A program made the translations under genes and the position numbers. 64,000 nt of DNA. Origin: Helicobacter cetorum. Lineage in GTDB: Bacteria > Campylobacterota > Campylobacteria > Campylobacterales > UBA6016. The stretch spans positions 11,704 through 75,703 of the forward strand of contig DZAX01000005.1 in the NCBI GenBank assembly GCA_022729705.1, written 5' to 3'. The notes beneath the pieces are model-generated. The model made no database searches. It saw nothing but the letters and a program-made list of their open reading frames with translations, and was not told where the DNA came from. This document shows positions 57,316 through 64,000 of the stretch, piece after piece; the stretch's first letter is position 1; each line of letters starts with the position of its first letter.

Positions 57316-58146
57316 CTAAAATTTATATGTAACTGTAATTGAAGATGTTTTTGTGTTCACATCTTTTTTATTTTCTGGCAACTCTATCCCGTTTTGATAC
57401 GAATATTTTGCCGTCACATCAAAGCTTCCAAATTTTTTACCGAAGCCTAAAAAATATGTTTTGTCTTGCTCTACCGCATGGTGTTGCACTTTTGCACCAT
57501 TTTCCAAAACAGCAAACAATCTTTTGCCAAACATAACGCCAATATTTGCCATATAGCCATTGTAATTTGTATTTAATGACACTAATGACGTCATGTAATC
57601 TTTATCTTTGAAAGTATAATTGCCATATTTATTACCGTCTATATCAATCTTTTTCACACCTATTGTAGCTTTTGATTTTATATCGCCTATCATAAAATTT
57701 TTGACCAAAGTAATATCAACTTGTCTCACATCAAATTGTTTGTAATCACTTTTATACACATCAGTTGCTAGTATAAAACCTTCAGCAATAGAGTAACCAA
57801 CACCAACACCATATACTTTTCCATCATCTGTTGGGACAATATTATCATTGATACTTAAATAGCTTAGTTTTGCATTTAGCTCTTTTGAGATTTTGTGCAT
57901 ATAGTTTAAATTTACTTTTTGCACCTCAAGGGTTGGATTTGTCCCTATCCTATCAACTGCACTCTCTTCATACCCAAAACCAAAAATTCCTACCCCAAAA
58001 TCATGACACAGTCCAACCTCATAACCTGTACCATCAATTCTTGTTTTTGAATTATCAAAATCAGTTACAACATATGACAACTTTAAATCAGTCTGTGCAA
58101 AAAGTACAGAGCTTGTAATAAGACTTAATACAAATATTTTTTTCAT
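57316..58146 (-). CDS. outer-membrane beta-barrel protein (276 aa from MKKIFVLSL)
   Basis: Signal peptide MKKIFVLSLITSSVLFA, alternating beta-strand pattern and a C-terminal ..TVTYKF. RBS AGGAGC lies upstream of the ATG at 58146. Confidence 0.7.
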   Translation of the reverse strand: MKKIFVLSLITSSVLFAQTDLKLSYVVTDFDNSKTRIDGTGYEVGLCHDFGVGIFGFGYEESAVDRIGTNPTLEVQKVNLNYMHKISKELNAKLSYLSINDNIVPTDDGKVYGVGVGYSIAEGFILATDVYKSDYKQFDVRQVDITLVKNFMIGDIKSKATIGVKKIDIDGNKYGNYTFKDKDYMTSLVSLNTNYNGYMANIGVMFGKRLFAVLENGAKVQHHAVEQDKTYFLGFGKKFGSFDVTAKYSYQNGIELPENKKDVNTKTSSITVTYKF

Positions 58147-58390
58147 AATGCTCCTATTTGCCAAGACAACTCTTTGACTTTTTAGGTGTTCAATGGATTG
58201 TTTACGGTAAAATGATTTTACTGAAAATATCAGAAAACTCAGCTTTAATGAGCTTTTTTCACATGCCCTATATGGTATAAACTTCAAAAAACCTTAAATT
58301 AAGAGGTGGATTTGAGGATTTTTGATGTTGGTTTGTCTATCGCTTGTATTTATGAAACTAGACAACCAAACGAAAGTGAAACTGGACAGT

Positions 58391-59533
58391 TTAGGAGTTG
58401 TTTATGGTTCTTGCCGCCGATACAGCTGAGGCAAACGCCCAATGGAAGTTGTAGCCGCCAAGCTCGCCGTTTACATCCAGTACCTCTCCTATAAAATAAA
58501 GTGATTTTCTCAGCTTGCTTCCCATTGTGGACGGGTCTATATACTCAGTCGATACGCCGCCTTTTGTGATTTCCGCTTTTGAAAACCCAAACGTTCCGGC
58601 GGGAGCAAACTCATAGCTTTTTAAGCGAGAAAGCCTCTCTTTATCCTCTTTTGTCAGTTTATCCACTATTTTATCAGCTAGATCTACGGAGTCCAAAAAA
58701 GCTTTTGAAAATCTCTTTGGAACCCCAAGCTGCGTTGTTATCTGTTTTGAGCCGCCGCTAAAGATGTCGTCCAACTCTGCATCCGGTAAAAAATCAATCG
58801 TTATAGACCCTTTTTCCCAGTACAATGAAGCGTTTAAAATAGCAGGACCGCTAACGCCTTTATGGGCAAATAGCACGCTCTCTTTAAAGCTTTTGGAGCC
58901 TACTCTTACATTTGCCGCAACCGATACGCCGGAGAGCTCCTTAAACCAAAACTCGCTTGGTTGCACCGTGAAGCCGACAAGAGCCGGTTTTGGCGTATTG
59001 ACGCTATGCCCAAAGCTTTGAGCCACCTTATAACCAATATCTGTTGCACCAAGGAGTGGATAGCTTACTCCGCCGCTTGCGATAACGAGCTTATTGCATT
59101 CAAAAACGCCGTTTGTCGTATTGAGGATAAAAGTGTTTTTTTCAAAAGATACATCTACAATTTTGGTATTTAAAGCGATTTTTCCTTTTGAAGCTTGAAG
59201 CAGAGCTGAGACTATCTCTTGCGCTGAGTTTTTACAAAAAAGTTGCCGATTTTTTCGAATCTCAAAAGCAATCTTCCAGCGGTTGACAAACTTTATCATC
59301 TCTTCATATCCGAAAATATCAAGAACAGAGGTTATAAACTCTTTGTCTCCGGTGTAGTTATCAACAGATATTTGCTCATTTGTAAAGTTGCACTTTCCGC
59401 CGCCTGAGACGCTCATCTTTTTCGCCGCTTTCTCGGAGCCCTCCAAAATCAAAAACTCTTTTTTTAGGTGCGCTCCACACATAAGAGCCGCAGCGCCGCC
59501 GCCAACAATTATCACATCGTAGAAATTTTTCAT
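58391..59533 (-). CDS. HI0933/BaiN-family NAD(P)/FAD-dependent flavoprotein (380 aa)
   Basis: YDVIIVGGGAAAL dinucleotide fold, SGGGKCNFTN and a C-terminal GE.LDV.G..GGYN block. Confidence 0.8.
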   Translation of the reverse strand: MKNFYDVIIVGGGAAALMCGAHLKKEFLILEGSEKAAKKMSVSGGGKCNFTNEQISVDNYTGDKEFITSVLDIFGYEEMIKFVNRWKIAFEIRKNRQLFCKNSAQEIVSALLQASKGKIALNTKIVDVSFEKNTFILNTTNGVFECNKLVIASGGVSYPLLGATDIGYKVAQSFGHSVNTPKPALVGFTVQPSEFWFKELSGVSVAANVRVGSKSFKESVLFAHKGVSGPAILNASLYWEKGSITIDFLPDAELDDIFSGGSKQITTQLGVPKRFSKAFLDSVDLADKIVDKLTKEDKERLSRLKSYEFAPAGTFGFSKAEITKGGVSTEYIDPSTMGSKLRKSLYFIGEVLDVNGELGGYNFHWAFASAVSAARTINNS

Positions 59534-60300
59534 CTTAACTTCTCATAAAGCCCTACATATAGACCAAAGCGCTTATCCATGACGCTGTTTGGCTCTCTAT
59601 CTAAAACCTCTTTTTTATTAATCTCAAAAATATCCAACTCCTCACTCGCAAATAGCGGCTCCTCAATAGAACCATCGTTTTTTGCGACAAGAGAGAGCTT
59701 TTCATACTCCTCGCCTCGCCAATTTACGCCTACCATGGAGAGTCTGTTTTCAAGAGCTCTCGCTCGCAAAAGAAGCCGAAAATCAGCCGCTCTTTTTTTT
59801 GCCCAAGCGGATGGACACAGCACGGCGTCGCACGTTTTGGAGTAAATAGAGAAAATCTCAGGAAATCTTAGGTCATAGCAGATACAAAGTCCAAAACGAA
59901 CCCCATCAATCTCAAAACTCGCCAATTTGTCGCCACCGTCAAATATTCGCTCTTCGCCACCAAATGAAAAAATGTGGATTTTATCGTATAAAGCTATTAC
60001 CTCGCCGCTTTTTGAGGCTATAAGATATGAGTTTTTATATCTACCGTTGTGTGGTTTTGCGACGCCAAAGCCTATATTTATCTCATATTTTTTTGCTAAA
60101 GCACAAAAAAGACGCACGCCCTCATCAAAAGAGTATTTGGCGATTTTGTCTATGTCTGTAGAGTAGCCGCAATATGATAGCTCTGGGAGCAAAAGTAGTT
60201 TTGTATCATGCACAACGCTTAATTTGATAAGTTCTTCTATCTTTTCAGCCCTCTCCTCAAAACACAAAGAGAAGTCGATAGACAAAAGCGCCGTCTTCAC
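59530..60300 (-). CDS. carbon-nitrogen hydrolase (nitrilase superfamily) protein (256 aa)
   Basis: LPEL (Glu), a conserved Lys region and the catalytic Cys motif LCICYDLRFPE. Confidence 0.8.
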   Translation of the reverse strand: MKTALLSIDFSLCFEERAEKIEELIKLSVVHDTKLLLLPELSYCGYSTDIDKIAKYSFDEGVRLFCALAKKYEINIGFGVAKPHNGRYKNSYLIASKSGEVIALYDKIHIFSFGGEERIFDGGDKLASFEIDGVRFGLCICYDLRFPEIFSIYSKTCDAVLCPSAWAKKRAADFRLLLRARALENRLSMVGVNWRGEEYEKLSLVAKNDGSIEEPLFASEELDIFEINKKEVLDREPNSVMDKRFGLYVGLYEKLR

Positions 60301-61322
60301 TGCACAACTACTCTGTTAATTGACGGATTTAGTCTTGTTATTATCTCATAGCTAATCGTATTGTATCGTTTTGCTAGGTTCTCGGCATTCTCAAATACGC
60401 AAACGCACTTTTCTTCGCTCTCCACGCAGATATTATCCATTGACACCCTGCCGATAAGCCTTGAGCCGTTTGGAAGTATATATTCGCCATCGCATTTTAC
60501 GCGCATAAAACCATCGGCATACCCTATGTCATACACCGATACAACGGAGTCGCGATTTATTTTGCCAATCGCCCCATAACCTATCGCTTGTCCGGCTTTG
60601 AGGGTTCTTGATGAGATTTTATCCGCCCATAGAGACAAAACAGGGGTTAAATTTGGTTTTTCAAAAGCTTTTGGCATATCCAAATAGCCATATAGAGCAA
60701 TACCGACTCTAGCTACGTCAAACTCGCCTAAAGAGCCGCTACGAAATAATCCGGCGGAATTTTGAAGATGAAATATTGGGATTTTTATCCCCTTAGCATT
60801 GCAAAACTCTACAATGATTTTTTTTAACTCTAAAAACTTTTTTTCTTGCCAAAAACTCTCAGATGAGAGCTCATCCGCGCTTCTAAAGTGAGAAAAAACG
60901 CCGTAAATATTAATATTTCTAGCGTAAGCAAGCTCTAGGGCGGCGATTAGCTCATTTGGAGCAACACCGTTTCTGTGCATACCAGAATCGACTTTAAGGT
61001 GTATTTTGGATCTACTCGGCATCTCTTTTAATAAGGCAAAAGAGTTTACGGCAAAGTGGATATTTTCGTAGGCGTCAAACTCTTGCGGTTCGGCTAGACA
61101 TAAAATATTTTGAAAACTTGTAGAGAGTCGGAGAGCCTCATTTTTGTCTCTAACAATCGCATTTTTCATACCGCCCCTAGCGCACATTTCGCCAAATTGT
61201 AAAAGACCGTGTCCATATGCGTTGTCTTTTAGGACGGCGTAGATTTTTTCTATAGGCGCTTTTTTTGAAATCTCTTTAATATTTGCATTTAACGCGCTTT
61301 GGCTAAGTTTAATTAGGGACAT
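60297..61322 (-). CDS. alr: alanine racemase (341 aa)
   Basis: PLP-Lys motif AVLKDNAYGHG and the C-terminal beta-domain. Confidence 0.88.
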   Translation of the reverse strand: MSLIKLSQSALNANIKEISKKAPIEKIYAVLKDNAYGHGLLQFGEMCARGGMKNAIVRDKNEALRLSTSFQNILCLAEPQEFDAYENIHFAVNSFALLKEMPSRSKIHLKVDSGMHRNGVAPNELIAALELAYARNINIYGVFSHFRSADELSSESFWQEKKFLELKKIIVEFCNAKGIKIPIFHLQNSAGLFRSGSLGEFDVARVGIALYGYLDMPKAFEKPNLTPVLSLWADKISSRTLKAGQAIGYGAIGKINRDSVVSVYDIGYADGFMRVKCDGEYILPNGSRLIGRVSMDNICVESEEKCVCVFENAENLAKRYNTISYEIITRLNPSINRVVVQ

Positions 61323-61335
61323 TATAGATTATTTG

Positions 61336-61827
61336 CTATTTTGACTTATCTACAAACGTTTCAAGATCTACAAATTTTTGCAACCCGCCAACTTCAACTT
61401 TGTACATAACTTTCCACCTACCCTCTAACCCCACGCTAAAAGGTTTTGATAAATAGCTTATGGCTGTTTTGTTGAATTCGTTGATTGTAATATCATGCTT
61501 TGAAGTGTCCGGTCTTGTAACTATAGCGGTAATATTAGCATCCACCTCTTTACCTGTTTTGTCGCTAACGTTGAGCTCTAAAGAGGTTGGCATATTTTTT
61601 GATAGAGTAAAATGTGAGGTTTGGACGACATACTTCTCATCAAATTTTTTTTCAGACTCTATGATTTGATTGTAATTTGCGTCTACATAGCGATATGGAG
61701 CCATTTTTGCGCCGTCAAACTCTACCGGATACTGTATGGCTACTCCAACCATTGACGCAAGACCGACAACCAAAGCTACGCCAAATACGGCTAAACCTAA
61801 AGGCCAATAATTTTTTTCGATTTTCAC
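61336..61827 (-). CDS. FixH-like membrane-anchored protein (163 aa)
   Basis: N-terminal TM (YWPLGLAVFGVALVV) plus a beta-rich domain. Position downstream of ccoNOQP is as in other Campylobacterota. Confidence 0.45.
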   Translation of the reverse strand: MKIEKNYWPLGLAVFGVALVVGLASMVGVAIQYPVEFDGAKMAPYRYVDANYNQIIESEKKFDEKYVVQTSHFTLSKNMPTSLELNVSDKTGKEVDANITAIVTRPDTSKHDITINEFNKTAISYLSKPFSVGLEGRWKVMYKVEVGGLQKFVDLETFVDKSK

Positions 61828-62414
61828 GCTTTACTACCCCTTCTTTTAAAAACGCCGTAGATATAAAAACCTACCGCAAAAATAATAGTTCCGTAGAAAA
61901 AAATTCTTATAGCCTGCATAAAATCTCTACTGCCCGACCCTATACTTGATTCTAATTCAATATTTTTACTCTTTGCGACTTCGTCCGCAATTTCAGCAAC
62001 TCCGTTTAATGCGGCCGCCGAATATTTAGCTTCAAGAGAATTTTTATCTTGTACCGCCAAAAGCGGAATTATATAGGTATTTAGTATGTTGTTTTTGTCC
62101 ACTATAGATTTCAAGTCATCAGAGACAACCATATCTACTTTTTGTTCTTTAGCAGACAACACAACAAGCACGTAAGGGGCTTTGAGCGAAGAAGATATAT
62201 TTTTTTCATACTCCAAAATACCGCCGTTAGCTTGCTCGACTAAGTGTGTTACTATTGATATTCCAGTTTTTGTGTATAACTCTTGCGACAACTGAGTGAT
62301 TTTATCTGCTGTGTCTTTTTTTATGATATTTTGATTTATGAGATCTGGTCTTGCAAATGCAAGAGACGCTAGTAGTGGAAGTAAAATTAAGCTTCTGCGG
62401 ATTATTGTTTTCAT
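61824..62414 (-). CDS. TPM-domain protein with signal peptide and C-terminal TM (196 aa)
   Basis: Signal peptide, a TPM-like core (ISIVTHLVE..., YVLVVLSAKEQKVDMVVSDDL) and the C-terminal helix IFFYGTIIFAVGFYIYGVF. Confidence 0.5.
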   Translation of the reverse strand: MKTIIRRSLILLPLLASLAFARPDLINQNIIKKDTADKITQLSQELYTKTGISIVTHLVEQANGGILEYEKNISSSLKAPYVLVVLSAKEQKVDMVVSDDLKSIVDKNNILNTYIIPLLAVQDKNSLEAKYSAAALNGVAEIADEVAKSKNIELESSIGSGSRDFMQAIRIFFYGTIIFAVGFYIYGVFKRRGSKA

Positions 62415-62445
62415 CCGCAGAAGTGTAGCGCTAAAAAACTTTAAA

Positions 62446-62541
62446 TCAACCTACATAAAGGTGATTTGGGGTCAAAACGGACCACAGTGTAATAGCGGCC
62501 ATTATAACGAGGCCTATCGTAAGAATTAAATTTTTATCCAT
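62446..62541 (-). CDS. unlisted 31-aa single-TM ORF (MDKNLILTIGLVIMAAITLWSVLTPNHLYVG)
   Basis: ATG at 62541 is preceded by GGAGGG 5 nt upstream. The sequence is hydrophobic and packed between two cbb3-associated genes. It falls below the ORF-track size cutoff. Confidence 0.4.
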   Translation of the reverse strand: MDKNLILTIGLVIMAAITLWSVLTPNHLYVG

Positions 62542-62551
62542 ACCGCCCTCC

Positions 62552-62743
62552 TTATTTGGCGTCTACGATTTTAGTCGCATTATTTTTATCAATCATCTTG
62601 ATCTCTTTTTCGCCCTCAATCTTGTAATGGTTTGTGGCTTCTTTTTGTTGAACAAGAATAGCATTAATACCCAAAAAGCCTACACTAGAAAGAAGCAAAA
62701 CTACAGCGATAAGCATTCCGCCAATTCCGTTTAATCCAAACAT
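62552..62743 (-). CDS. small membrane protein (DUF4006-like, 63 aa)
   Basis: A single TM (GGMLIAVVLLLSSVGFLGI) immediately downstream of ccoP, as in Campylobacter cco clusters. Confidence 0.5.
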   Translation of the reverse strand: MFGLNGIGGMLIAVVLLLSSVGFLGINAILVQQKEATNHYKIEGEKEIKMIDKNNATKIVDAK

Positions 62744-62759
62744 ATTTTATCTCCTTTTC

Positions 62760-63653
62760 TTACTTTTTCGGTTTGCTCATCTCAGCATTGATGTAAGTTG
62801 CAACCGCCATAAACTGAGTTTTATTAAGAAGACCTGATTTTTCAAAAGAAGGCATAGTTCCTATGTGCCCTTTTTTGCCTTTTACAAGAACAGTCTCAGC
62901 TATAAATTTAGGCGTACCATATGTACTAAGATCAGGCGACATGCCGCCCATACCTTTTCCATCTTCACCGTGACAACTTGCGCATGCCGTGGCAAATGCG
63001 ACTTTACCTTCGGCTACCACTGTAGCGTCGGCAGCTTTTTTAACTGTTGAAATTTCAGCCAAAACAAACGCGGCTATCTTCTTAGCAGTTGCCTCGTCCG
63101 CAAGACCAGCAGGCATTTCGCCCATTTGAAAGGCTAGACCTTTTGCTCCACTTTTGATTGCTGTCAAGATACCAGCTTCATTGCCCCATTTTGACAAGTC
63201 AGTCGCTTTGCCGCCCATACCGTCTCCGGTTTGACCATGGCACTGTACGCAGTTAGCCAAAAAGACGCTCTCACCCATAGCTTTCAAAGTAGTCTCATCG
63301 GCGTTTGCAAATTTATCTGTAAACTTTACATTATGAGCGGCTACTTCATCGTTATACTCGCCTATTTGCGAATAAGCGTTTAGCGGGTAACCTGCAAACC
63401 AGTACCACACACCCCAAATGATAGTCAGTAGATAGATAACAAACCAACCGGTTGGAACATCATTTTTATACTCTCCGATACCATCCCAATTCTCATCACA
63501 CAAAGGAGCCTCGGAAACCGATTGCTCTTTCATTTTTTTCATATATATAGCAACAACATAAGCTGTTACAACAACGACTACGAAAAACGCTAAACCGCCA
63601 AGCATGGCGATTAGGTCAGAGCCGAAGTCTATTTTTCCTAGAAAATCTAGCAT
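62760..63653 (-). CDS. ccoP: cbb3-type cytochrome c oxidase subunit III, dihaem (297 aa)
   Basis: N-terminal TM and two CxxCH motifs (CVQCH, CASCH). Confidence 0.9.
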   Translation of the reverse strand: MLDFLGKIDFGSDLIAMLGGLAFFVVVVVTAYVVAIYMKKMKEQSVSEAPLCDENWDGIGEYKNDVPTGWFVIYLLTIIWGVWYWFAGYPLNAYSQIGEYNDEVAAHNVKFTDKFANADETTLKAMGESVFLANCVQCHGQTGDGMGGKATDLSKWGNEAGILTAIKSGAKGLAFQMGEMPAGLADEATAKKIAAFVLAEISTVKKAADATVVAEGKVAFATACASCHGEDGKGMGGMSPDLSTYGTPKFIAETVLVKGKKGHIGTMPSFEKSGLLNKTQFMAVATYINAEMSKPKK

Positions 63654-63671
63654 ATTATTAGCTCCTTAAAT

Positions 63672-63875
63672 TTAGCTTTTTGCAGAGTTTAATTTTTCAA
63701 CAGGCGCATCGTAGATGCCGTCATGAAGAACCATATCAGAGTATCTCTCATAATCCTTACCTTCTCTCTTTTTTGACGTATAGAGATGATACCCATACGC
63801 ACACATTAAGAAAGTAAGCAACGCCGTGGTGAAAAAATATGCGTAAGCCTGCACAAGACCTATATCCATCGCCAT
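63672..63875 (-). CDS. ccoQ: cbb3-type oxidase subunit CcoQ (67 aa)
   Basis: Small single-TM protein between ccoO and ccoP. Confidence 0.65.
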   Translation of the reverse strand: MAMDIGLVQAYAYFFTTALLTFLMCAYGYHLYTSKKREGKDYERYSDMVLHDGIYDAPVEKLNSAKS

Positions 63876-63878
63876 ACC

Positions 63879-64000
63879 CTATTTAAGTTTGTTCATATAA
63901 GCTATCAAGGCTACGATTTCTTTTATCTCGCCTTTTTCGTAAGCTTCTTTAACATCCTTATCTTTCATATCAGCAACAACCTCTTTTGCCTGAGCCATCA
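63879..64000 (-). CDS. ccoO: cbb3-type oxidase subunit II (CcoO), C-terminal end only; the gene continues beyond the window
   Basis: The reverse frame reads ..MAQAKEVVADMKDKDVKEAYEKGEIKEIVALIAYMNKLK*. The position and the ALIAY tail are typical of CcoO. Confidence 0.6.
   Translation of the reverse strand, partial: MAQAKEVVADMKDKDVKEAYEKGEIKEIVALIAYMNKLK

Overview
This looks like a chromosomal segment from a Campylobacterota (Campylobacter-like) genome with mid-range GC by eye. That call rests on gene content: csrA-truB-pcrA, gltBD, htrA, cysK-metY, CIRCE-controlled groESL, alaS, minDE-dprA, lon, rpoD and the ccoOQP cbb3 oxidase cluster. About 85% of the window is densely packed housekeeping genes. 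Three things stand out. (1) An AT-rich accessory island of about 8.5 kb (about 17.2-25.7 kb) lies between metY and a 5'-truncated epimerase relic upstream of groESL. It carries a translationally coupled operon: an MmeI/PglX-like N6-adenine methyltransferase whose N-terminal nuclease motif looks degenerate, a frameshifted small gene, a 4-TM protein, a RhuM-family protein, an SF2 DExH helicase and a T5orf172 (GIY-YIG superfamily) protein. A convergent Phd/YefM-MazF toxin-antitoxin pair follows. I consider this the best candidate for an undescribed restriction-like defence system. (2) A mosaic family of hairpin repeats (REP/BIME-like) occupies at least 14 intergenic sites. Its stems covary around a fixed GCAAAGC apex. 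(3) Several mobile-element and toxin-antitoxin relics are present: an integrase stub next to tRNA-Arg, an IS481-like transposase stub, a DinJ-like stub and a 5'-truncated AAA ATPase. All functional calls come from reading the ORF translations and recognising motifs. No database search was run.
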